Below are positions 53,291 to 64,000 of a stretch of DNA of 64,000 nt, in pieces. This DNA comes from Takakia lepidozioides (taxonomy: Eukaryota; Plantae; Bryophyta). Position 1 is the stretch's first letter. Every line of letters begins with the position of its first letter. The notes under the pieces are model-generated. The model had not been told where the DNA came from, did no database searches, and saw only the letters and a program-made list of their open reading frames with translations. The position numbers were made by a program, and so were the translations under genes. The DNA is taken from assembly GCA_030704615.1 (NCBI GenBank), contig CM060732.1:31868001-31932000 (forward strand), written 5' to 3'.

Positions 53291-53789
53291 AGTGGTTTAG
53301 GTGCCATATTCTAACGACGACCGAAGGTCGGAAGCTAGTTTAACGTAGAGCAGGAATAGGGCGCCAAAGTGCCACGTTTTCGTCGCCACGTTTCGTCGTC
53401 AAATTCTATCGAGTCTGCCCGGATTGCCCCCCGAAATACGCCAATAGAAATTGCCGCGCCAACGTTTTCGGAACTGCCCGAAATGCCCGAACTTGTCACT
53501 CACGCGCGCGCGCTCTGCCGCTTCTTTCTCGCTCGCTGTCGTTTGCGTGTCTCTGTGCGCGTCTGCCTTTGTGCACTAGGTGTGGTTGCTGGAATCATGG
53601 CTGGTGTGGAGGGATAGCACCAACAATGCGGAGAAATTCACAACGAGGAGGAGAAGAAGCCTTTGGAGGGGGGGGAGGTCACATTAATATGAAAGTGAAG
53701 GGTCAGGTAATGGAAGCCCGTGGCATTTTTGTAGGGTTTGTTTCCCTGTTGGGCTTGAAGTCGTTAGGATCGTAGAGAATGGCACTTCT

Positions 53790-56700
53790 GGGCATCTGAA
53801 GATGCTTTGTGCGGCAGGCAGTCTGACAGAGCCTCTACAGACTTTAAACCAAGGAGGCATTTCAGCAGATTCAGAGACAGACTTAAGTGCATCAAGATGG
53901 AAGGTCTGGAAGCTGGAAAGCAGATGCACACTCACATTATCCAAAGTGGATTCGCTCCAAAAGTTTTTCTACTCGACACCCTTGTCAACATGTATCTTAA
54001 GTACGGGAGCATCATGGATGCTCACCAACGATCTTTGATCACGTGGAATATAATGTTGGCAGGATTCACCAAGCATGGGTGTGGTAGGAATGCTTTGGAG
54101 ACCTATGAGCAAATGCTGCTCGAAGGGGTGGGTTGGACGATATGTGGTTTCATGGAACGCCATGGTTGCAGAATATGCTCAGCATGGGTGTGTTAGGGAG
54201 CTGGCTTTCAAGATCTACGAGCTAATGCATCGGTAGGGGGTGATGCCCAACAGGGTCACTTTCACTTCTGTGCTCAATGCATGTGCCAGTCTAGGAGACC
54301 TAGAGAAGGGCAAAGAGATCATGCTGATAGCATCAGAGGTGCAGCAGATAGCATTCTGGAGATTTGCCCTCACTGACATGTTTGTCAAATGCGGGGGCAT
54401 GGAGAATGCGCGTCAAGTGTGGCGGAACAAGATGTTGTATTATGCTCCATGATTACAGGCTACATTGGAGGTGGGTTCTCAAGGTCTGTGCCAGTGTGGC
54501 AGCCCTTGAGAAGGGCAAAGAGATCCATGCTGACATTATCAAGCCAGAATTGTGTCAGGTACCAAATGTCATTCGACAGTATGGCTGAACGAGATGTGGT
54601 GTCCTGGAGTGCGATGATTGCAGGATATGCACAGCAAGGCTTTGGAGACCTATGAGCAAATGATGTGCGAAGGGGGTGAAGCCACATGACGTTTGTTTGC
54701 ATTTGCAATGTGTGTGCAAGCCTGGCAGCCCTGGAAAAGTGCAAAGAGGTGCACGGTGACATCGTCAAATCCATTACCTTCAAATTATGTCTTAAGCTAT
54801 CCATCGGAAGTCCCAGAAAGTAGTTGAAAAGCGTTACTTCTGCTCATGTTAGGGCAATTCAATTTTAAGCTTAGTATCGTAACCTCTCTCTTTGCCAAGC
54901 TACTTGTTTTGAAGTGTTCTTTGGGTACATTTGCAGGTTCTTTCCTGTCCAAAAATCGAGCACTGTGGAAAGCAGAAAACAAGATCACAAAGGGTTGTGC
55001 AAGCCTGGCAGCGCTGGAAAAGGGCAAAGAGGTGCATGGAGACATCATCAAAGCTGGAATTGTACCAAACGTCATTCTGCACACTGCCCTGGCAACTCTG
55101 GAAGAGGGCAAAGAGGTCCATGGCGACATCGTCAGAGCTGGAAATGTAGCAAATGTCATTCTGAACACTGCCCTAGTGGACATGTATGCAAAATGTGGGT
55201 GCATCTAGGATGCAAAGGGAGTGTTCGACACTATGGCTGAACGAGATGTGGTGTCGTGGAGTGCGATGCTTGCAGGGTATGCACAGCAGGGACGTGGGAT
55301 GGAGGCTTTGGAGACCTATGAGCAAATGATGGGAAGCACATCATATTTGTGTGCATTTGCAATGCTTGTGCAAGCCTGGCAGCCCTGGAGAAGGGCAAAG
55401 AGGTGCATGGGATATCATCAAAGCTGGAATTGTACCAAACGTCATTCTGAACATTGCCCTGGCAGCTCTGGAAAAGGGGAAAGAGGTCCATGGCGGTATC
55501 TTCAGAGCTGGAATTGTACCAGATTTCATTCTGAACAATACCCTGGTGGACATGTTTGCAAAATGTGGGTGCATCTAGGACGCAATGGGAGTGTTCAACA
55601 CTATGGCTGAACAAGATGTGGCGTCGTGCAAGCCTGGCAGCCCTAGAGAAGGGCAAAGAGGTGCATGGGGATATCGTCAAAGCTGGAATTGTACCAAATG
55701 TCATTCTAAACACTGCCCTGGCAGCTCTGGAAAAGGGGAAAGAGGTCCATGGCGACATCTTCAGAGCTGGAATTGTACCAGCTGTCATTCTGAACAATAC
55801 CCTGGTGGACATGTTTGCAAAATGTGGGTGCATCTAGGATGCAAAGGGAGTGTTCGACACTATGGCTGAACGAGGTGTGGTGTTGTGGAGTGCGGTGCTT
55901 GCAGGGTATGCACAGCAGGGACGTGGGATGGAGGCTTTGGAGACCTATGAGCAAATGATGTGCGATGGGGTGAAGCCCGACCACATCACGTTTGTGTGCG
56001 TTTGCAGTGCGTGTGCAAGCCTGGCAGCCCTGGAAAAGGGCGAAGAGGTGCATGGCGACATCGTCAGAGCTGGAATTGTACCAGATGTGATCCTGAACAC
56101 TGCCCTGGTGGACATGTATGCCAAATGTGGGTGCATGGAGGATGCAAAGGGAGTGTTCGACAATATGGCTGAATGAGATGTGGTGTCGTGGAATGCAATG
56201 ATCGCAGGATATGCAATGATCGGCGCAGGATATGCACAGCATGGTTGTCATAGGGAGGTCCTGCAACTATTTGAAGGAATGCAAAAGAACAGTTTGAAGC
56301 AGTATGTGTTCTCTCTGCATGCAGCCACACTGGCCTTCTGAATGAAGGAAGACGCTACTTCGATTCCCTGATTCAAGATCATGGTGTCACTCCGACAGTA
56401 TAGCACTTTGGCTGCATGGTGGACCTTCTTAGACGTGCGGGACAACTGGATGAGGCAGTAGACCTGAACGTGCGGCAACATCTATCCTCAAGTGGAATGA
56501 ACAGGATGTCACGACTTATGTTGCTATCAAACATATATGCTGTAGCTGGCAGGTAGGTTGATACTGTAAAGGTGAGAAGAATGATGAAGGTCAGAGGGGT
56601 TGAAAAGGAGCCAGGTCGCTGCTGCATTGAGGTTTGCAACAGGGTGCACACCTTCGTTGTAGATGACAAGTTGCATCTCAGAATTAAGGAAATCCATGCT

Positions 56701-59630
56701 GAGCTGAGAAGATTGTCTGGGAAGATGAAGGTGATTTGCCAGGAGCCGTTTTCCAGATTACCTATGATTACCTACAAGAAACCTGCATGGGTAGATGGTC
56801 AAGTGGAAGCCGCAGCAGCAGTGGCACAATTGATAAAATCAAGCGTTGCTAATGAAGGCACCTTCTTCAACACATTTCACCCTGTTTTTCCCTCTTATCA
56901 GAATCGGCCCTAAATATCCATATTGAATTCTGCAAGTTAGCTGGTTGAGTGAATCTTTGATAGTTTGGAGTGACTTTGACATGATACTCTCAACTGACAA
57001 CAGGAAAGTATCCTAAAAGAGGTAACAGAGATGAGGAGAAGCTGTGGAATGAATACTTTTCTGACCCCAGTCAATGGTGGGACAACCGAGGCAAAAAGGT
57101 GAATGCCTGTCAGATTACCTGTCATTCTGAACACTATGGCTGAACGAGATGTGGTGTCGTGGATTGTGATGTTTGCAGGGTATGCACAGCAGGGGTGCGG
57201 GATGGAGGCTTTGGAGACCTATGAGCAAATGATGGGGGAAGGGGTGAAACCGCCCACATAACGTTTGTGTGCGTTTGCAGTGCGTCTGGCAGCCCTGGCA
57301 AAGAGATCCATGGTGACATCATCAATTGTACCAGATGTCATCCTGAACACTGCTCTGGTGGACATGTATGCCAAATGTGGGAGCATTGAGGATGCCAAGG
57401 GAGTGTTCAACCTATGGCTGAACGAGATGTGGTGTCGTGGAACGCGGGTGTGCACAGCAGGGGCGCGGGATGGGACTTTGGAGACCTATCAGCAAATGAT
57501 GGGGGAAGGGGTGAAGCTCGACCACATCATGTTTGTGTGCATTTGCAGTGCGTGTGCAAGCCTGGCAGCCTGGAAAAGTGCAAAGAGGTCCATGGTTGCA
57601 TCGTCAAATCTGGAATTGTACCCGGTGTCATGCTGAACACTGCCCTGGTGGACATGTATGTCAAATGTGGGTGCATCAAGGATGCCAAGGGAGTGTTCGA
57701 CAGTATGGCTGAACGAGATGTGGTGTTGTGGAGTGCGATGATTGCATGATATGCACAGCAAGGGTGCGGGATGGAGGCTTTGCCGACCTATAAGCAAATG
57801 ATGTGCGAAGGGGTGAAGCCCAACCACATCACATTTGTTTGTGTTTGCAAGCCTGGCAGCTCTGGAAAAGGGGAAAGAGGTCCATGGCGACATCGTCAAA
57901 GCTGGAATTGTACCAGATGTCATCCTGAACACTGCCCTGGTGGACATGTATGCCAAATGTGGGTGCATTAAGGATGCGAAGGGAGTTTTCAAGACTACGG
58001 CTGAACGAGATGTGGTGTCATGGAACTCATGCTTGCAGGGTATGCACAGCAGGGGCGCGGGATGGAGGCCTTGGAATGATGTGCAAAGGGGTGAAGCTCG
58101 ACCACATCACGTTTGTGTGCGTTTGCACTGCGTGTGCAAGCCTGGCAGCCCTGGAAAAGGGCAAAGAGGTGCATGGTTGCATCGCCAAAGCTGGAATTGT
58201 ACCAGATGTGATTCTGAACAATACCATCGTAGACATGTATGCCAAATGTGGGAGCATTGAGGATGTGGAGGGAGTGTTCAACAATATGGCTGAATGAGAT
58301 TTGGTGTCATGGAACACCATGCTTGCAGGATATGCACAGCAGAGCGCGGGATGGAGGCCTGGGGGAAGGGGTGAAGCCCGACCATATCATGTTTGTGTGT
58401 GTTTGCAAGCCTGGCAGAGCATGGTGTTCCATGGAGGCATGGATGCATGGCGTTCCAGCAAAGAGGTGCGCCATGGTGACATCATCAAAGCTGGAACTGT
58501 ACCAACTGTCATTCTGGACGCTGCCCTGGTGGACATGTATGTGAAATGTGGGTGCAGTGAGGATGCAAAGTGAGTATTTGACAATATGGCTGAATGAAAT
58601 GTGGTGTCATGGAATGCGATGATCGCAGGATATGCCCAGCATGGTTGTCATAGGGAGGTCCTGCAACTATTTGAAGGAATGCAAAAGAAATGCTTGAAGC
58701 CGGACAGTATCACCTTTATATGTGTTCTCTCTGCATGCAGCCACACTGGCCTACTGAAATCCAGATGTTGTGGTGTGGAAGGCCTTGCTTGGTGCCTGCA
58801 GAATCCATGGCAATGTGGAGATGGCTGAACGGCAACATCTATCCTCTAGTGGGATGAACAGGATGGCGCGACTTATGTGTTGCTATCAAACATCTATGCC
58901 GCAGCTGGCAGGTGGGATGATACTGCAAAGGTGTGCACCCTGTTGCCAACCTCAATGCAGCAGCGACCTGGCTCCTGGCTCATTCCTAACCCCTCTGACC
59001 TTGATCATTTGTAGATGACAAGTTGCATCCCAGAATTAAGGAAATCCATGCTGAGCTGAGAAGATTGTCTGGGCAGATGAAGGAGGCGGGGTATGTGCCT
59101 GACACGCGCTTTGTATTGTGAAATGGGGGAGGAGGAAAAGGAGTTTTCTCTTTGCCACCAGTGAGAAGCTGGCCAATGGTTTTGGGCTGATCAGCACGAC
59201 CCCTAGGACGCCTCTCCGTCACATCAAGAATCTTCGAGTGTGTGGTGACTGCCACACCTCCACCAAATTCATCTCAAAGATTGTTGGCCGAGCAATTTTT
59301 TGTATGGGATGCCAACCGCTTTCACCACTTTGAAGATGGGATTTGTTCTGGAGTGCGATGATTACAGGATATGCTCAGCATGGGTTTGGTAAGGAAACTT
59401 TTGAGATCTATGAGCAAATGCTACAGGCAGGGTTGACCCCTGATTTGGTCACCTTCATTTGCATTCTCAATGCATGTGCCCTGGAAAAGGGCAAAAGGGT
59501 TCATGGTGACATTATCAAAACTGGAACTGGGTCATATATTAATTTGGAGAATACCTTAGTGAACATGTATGCTAAATGCGGGAGCCTGAAGGATGCGTGC
59601 CAAGTGCTGAGGAGACTAAGAGAGGCCTAA
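53790..59630 (+). pseudogene. Scrambled PLS-E-DYW PPR pseudogene array: two decayed units plus an extra P-L-S triplet
   Basis: N-terminus MLCAAGSLTEPLQTLNQGGISADSET parallels the intact gene. Many P/L/S motifs with stops and frameshifts; E region ~56200-56730; DYW remnant [25 protein letters not shown] at ~59160-59340. Confidence 0.92.
56770..57120 (+). pseudogene. Captured genomic fragment of an OSB-type (PDF-motif) gene inside the PPR array
   Basis: Exon 57004-57098 (cag|...|gtgaat) encodes RDEEKLWNEYFSDPSQWWDNRGKK. Upstream KPAWVDGQV resembles the end of the previous PDF motif. Confidence 0.75.
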
Positions 59631-60071
59631 GGAGGGCTTGGGTTTCTCGATTTTTCTGGATGTTTTTTTTTCTTTCCTTATTTCGGGAGGGCGATCAGTG
59701 CAACTACATGGGGTGGTTATTTGATGTGATGTCTGATGCTTGGGGAGGGAAGGGGGGGGGGGGGACGGACGGAGGGGGGGGGGGGTTGTGTCTGCATACC
59801 GGGCAGAAAAGGGGGTTTAAATCCCCCTCACTTCTTGGGCATAGATAGGGGTATGCCTATGTTATACTTTTGCATTGTTCCTCATGTTTTCTGCATAGTA
59901 TATATTTCCAATTATCAAAAGAATCACTGCATGCGTGGGGATGACCTGCCTCTTTTTGTGCCAATTGAACGCAGTTCTCAGAATTTGTCGCTAGTAGTGC
60001 GGAGCAACCCGAAGCCCTAGTACAAATATCATCTCATTGGTGAGAGGCGAAAATGACCTTAAACAACCAAC

Positions 60072-60303
60072 ATGTAGCCCTGTGGTAAGGGCATATACCC
60101 TCTGGTTGTGGGTTCAAACCACCCTATTGGTTGTCACAACGGTGTTCACTTTCTTACCAGAAAGCAGTAGCCTTCAAGTGACACCATAAGTTACTCTTGC
60201 TGCGGCAACGTGTCCACCTTTTTTTTTCTCCTATCACCACAATTAAGGGGTTTGATTTGTGAGTGGTCGCACCTGGGTATTTCACTTAATTTTTAAAAAA
60301 AAA
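60072..60303 (+). mobile_element. tRNA-derived SINE
   Basis: A-box-like TAGCCCTGTGGT, B-box GGTTCAAACC, a 3' body related to the 60845 element, and an A tail. Confidence 0.6.
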
Positions 60304-60589
60304 TCTTTAAACATAAGAATAGTAATATACCTCAAGGCTCATAGATCACTATAGCATGGATGTGTGGGATCTGGCCTAATAATAATATATGACGCCTCCT
60401 TTGGGAGGTGTAAATTATGGTTCCACAGGGCACAACTCATAACTGCTTTTGAGGTGGTATGTGGTCATTGCCACTAGGCTACATCTTGGTGGGGGCTGGC
60501 TGCGCTGCCTATTGTTGCTCCTCCCCTCCACACATATGACAAAACCTACCAAATCTAAGGTGGACCCCGCATGCCCCATCTAAAATTAA

Positions 60590-60783
60590 GACCCGGCCGT
60601 TACATTGGTCCTCGGGTAGCGGGTATAACGGGTTCTCGACCCAGCAGGAGGGTCCAGGTCGGGTTCGTTTCTAAAATGAACCCGGGTCAGGGTCCGGGTT
60701 TTCGGTGATAGCACGCGTCCGGGTAACCCGGATCCTAACCCGCCGGGTACCCCCGGTCAAAACCCGGACCTGCACAACATTGG
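60590..60783. mobile_element. One end of a hAT-like MITE with ACCCG/CGGGT subterminal repeats
   Basis: More than 10 ACCCG/CGGGT motifs ending in CACAACATTG (CAATGTTG on -). Other terminus not found. Confidence 0.4.
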
Positions 60784-60844
60784 TTTTGATGGAGACTCGA
60801 TTGACACACTCATTGCAACGAGTACCGAGTTGCAAGGTACATCC

Positions 60845-61060
60845 TTTTTTTTTTTTTTAATAAAAAAAATTAAAAGGGAAACACCTAGGAGCGACAGCTC
60901 ACAAATCAGGCCCCTTAGTAGTGAGAGGAGAAAATAACCTCTTTCATTTATGCGCCATGGAGGCGAATGAGTGGGACACCACCCACACCCGTTAGTAGCA
61001 AGATTTGACCCTAGAATCATCTGAGTGGCACTCAGTGCACTTAACCGTCTGAGCTACTAA
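60845..61060 (-). mobile_element. tRNA-derived SINE, apparently full length
   Basis: Minus strand reads TAGCTCAGACGGT (A box) ... GGGTCAAATC (B-box-like) ... body ... poly(A). Related fragments at ~17640-17700, ~18360-18400, ~18538-18600 and ~52787-52870. Confidence 0.7.
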
Positions 61061-61929
61061 CTGTTGGTACATCTTTATAACCAATTTGATCAATAATTTA
61101 GAGTGATGAAGACGGGGTTGCGATGTAGCTCCGCGTTTCGCGGTGAGAGAGAGAGTGAAGGTGAGAGAAGCCCAACGGATCCTTACCCACCATCGTCTCT
61201 TCGGTGCGAAGTCTGCATCCTTGTTCCCTCAAGCTCTCAATACCCTGCCCCCGAGACGCCTACCTTTCTCAGATAAGAAAAAATATCAAAACTCCACAAA
61301 ACGAATGCTCTTTGTCTCAGCCCGGTTCGGAACCCAAACCCAAGCGGCGTCTTTTCATTCAAGCCCTTTCCAAGCTTGTCACAACCTGCTTCTAATCATC
61401 GTGCACCTCATGAAGTACTACTTACATTCGTGCCATATCTTGTAAAGACTTTGTTGTACTATGATGAAACGAAGTTGGATTGACAGCTTGATGAACTTCC
61501 TCCCTTCATCCCACCCTAACCACCTCTGATGCTTTCATCAAGACTTGCATATTATCACCTTCATAACTCCAGCCGCCAAGCAGCTGTACACTCAGGATTC
61601 CCTCTCCCCCACAAGCCCAAGCCTCCCCTCATTCATCTCCCACTAATAGGCAGCCGACAACCTCTACAAGCTCCAGCAGCTCCTCCCCCATTCACGCGCT
61701 CTTGATACCCCTCTTCAGCGCCGTTCCTTCTCTATCATCGACTCCTCTGTCTAGATATTTATTGCAATTTGTTATTAGGTTTAGCTTGAAAGCTTGTGAC
61801 CTTGGACTGGTAGATCATACCAGAATCTCTATATCTAGACAATGTACATATTTGGATGTTTAATTATAATTTGGCGTTGACATGTTGTCTGACTTTTTTT
61901 CACTCCCTGTCATTCAATGCCCCACAGAC

Positions 61930-64000
61930 TTTCATCTCTCCCCGCTAGCTTCAATCACCCTCATCTCTCTTGTATCCCCGAAGCCTACTTCCTGGTGGCA
62001 GATGAACTGAACTAGGGAGGTGCAAGGAGGATGGCGGTACCCACCCTTGAGCCGGCATGGGAAGGTTTCCAGCGGGCAGCAGATGCTGGTCAGAGAGGTT
62101 AGAGATTTTTTGCTGGCACAGCTTGTGTTCTTGGATGAACACGATGGCCTCCGTTCGTTGGAGTGGTGCCAACTAGGTGCATAGTTTGATTTTTTTTGTG
62201 TTTGCCTGGTCGGAGCCAATCCCCCTAATGTTCCACGAGTGAATACTAACCTGCATCTTGAGGTATAGACAAGCTGAGAGGGAATTTCTCAATTGATGGC
62301 CTGGTGTGAGAGTATTGGAACTTAGTTCATTTGTCGGAGGGAAGAGGGGATGAGATCTGTAGTTGACAGGGGCTATGGGTGTGGGGTTATTAAGCTGTAT
62401 GAACAGGACTTGGGTGAAAGGGTTGAGCGGTTGGTGGTAGTTGTGGGGAAGGGGCAAGAAAGCAGCAGAGGATACTAATTCTGTATAGATTTTTGTGGGA
62501 GCCTCAATGAGCTGGAGGAAGAACTCGGAGAGGAGGATAAGGCCAAGGGAAATTGGCGTTTCTGGAGAGAGGGAACCTACAGTCATTTTCAAATCTAAGT
62601 CGACAAGATTGTCAGGGACCGCTATAGATGGTAAGACTTTGCTTGTTGAGCTAGCATCAGATTTAAGACAAAGAATTTTACACCTATTCTGCCAGGTAGA
62701 GGAGGGAGAGAACACCAAGAAGGGAATGGGGTGAAGGTAGAGGCTTACATGAAGAGGGGTGACTGAGTGGGAAGGGGCGTGGGCGAGGGCAGTGGTAGCA
62801 CATGCTGGACGAGGCTGCTTCTCAGCCGACGGGTGTTGTGATTCCGAGAGAGTGTTGTCGTGGACATGTGCGCGAGCGGGGCGCTGTTGCGCTTCCGGAG
62901 AAGAGGGAGGGTCGGGGCCGATGGGGTTGTAAGAAGGTTGGTGCTGATCCGTGAGCCTTCGTAGCTCGATGGCCTCGTTCTGTTCATGAACCTCGGCTTC
63001 CAGCGTTGCATGGAGGAGAGTGAATGAAGAATGGATGGTGTCTCTTGCCCAAATGGTTGCCAAATTGGTGGTGGGGGGCTGGTCGTAGGGGGGAAGATGA
63101 ATCCAGAGGCCCTTGCCTTGGGGGTGATTTCCGAGCAGCGCTTTTTCCTCGATCAGTGCTAGAATCTGGGTTGATGGAGTAAGATCCGAAACCAGGCCTG
63201 GATACTATTCAACGTAGGCTCCCCAGGTGATGACTGTGTGGGCCTGCAGTGAATAGTTAGGTGAGTACTTCAGAAGAATAGACTAGATTTTCTCCCTAAG
63301 AGTGGGGATGGGGTCCCCATCGATAGGGCAGGTAGCCATGAAATACCGCACGTCCGCAGTGGTGATCCAGTGTGACTCCAGAGCGATCCCTTGTGGGGCA
63401 GTGGCAAGAAGAGCTGGTTATGGCGTCCTTCGAAAAATGAGAGGAGTGATGCATGTTGCCTTTGGGGCAGACCCATGTAACAATTGCGAGCAACCCCTCA
63501 GGGCCAAACTTGGAAATGACCGGAGCCTTGCACAGTTCCTAGCAATAACAAGGTTGATTGCAATTGTAGTTTTTCCTTCCTTTGATGTAGTCACTGTTGA
63601 TATCTGCCTTGTGTGGAAGTGTGTCGGGGGTTTGTTAGAGCCAGCCCTTGGGATAGAATTGTGGGCTTGATCGGATCTGGGGCAGGGTGGAGGGGCAACT
63701 CCAACCATTTGTGGAGCTGGTGTCAATACTGTAGCTGCCGCTTCTGCCATCATGGGATCCATGTGGTCTTTAAGCCTCTTTCCGGGAGGAGAGATAGAAG
63801 ATTGAGGTAGAAAGGAGTCCCAATTTCCTTGGTTGGGAAAGAGAAAGTCATTGTGTCGCCCTACTACTTTCCGGACTGCAGCTGCTGGGGCTGCAGCATC
63901 AGGGAGCCAGGTCGAGTCCAGTTCTGCTCTCTCAAACTTCCCAGCCAACGTGACCCTCTTGGCTTTGTTAACATATACGCTCCAAACTCCTACTTAGAAC
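61930..64000 (-). mobile_element. 5' part of an L1-type LINE: decayed ORF1 and start of the ORF2 APE endonuclease
   Basis: MQVSIHSWNIRGIG at ~62255, followed by IVFIQEHKL (APE motifs I and II). Long P/S-rich upstream frames fit ORF1. Truncated at ~61930. Confidence 0.8.

Noticed and set aside
59740-59790. Poly-G tracts as a functional G-quadruplex
   Set aside because: They could fold, but they lie in decayed flanking DNA and nothing indicates function.

Overview
Eukaryotic nuclear DNA from a land plant. A bryophyte or other seed-free lineage with organellar RNA editing is my inference; the species cannot be fixed from this window. Three genes look intact: a 7-exon LRR receptor-like PSEUDOkinase (4297-8897, +, SKM1/At2g25790-like), a 7-exon SBP-box factor of the SPL8/MpSPL1 clade (36235-41037, +) with a ~3 kb leader, and a PLS-E-DYW PPR editing factor (46174-48162, +). 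The PPR gene is followed by a decayed gene built from repeated exons (48460-50776) and a ~6 kb scrambled PPR pseudogene array (53790-59630) that has captured part of an OSB (PDF-motif) gene. Intergenic DNA holds L1 and RTE-type LINE remnants, a probable LTR, a pogo-like element with perfect TIRs, a piggyBac-like MITE, tRNA-derived SINEs and a foldback. The best leads are (1) a near-perfect miR319-complementary site in the SPL8-like leader and (2) a cluster of three diverged orphan coiled-coil/helical ORFs around a 44-bp minisatellite (23.9-28.7 kb). All assignments are by eye; no searches were run.
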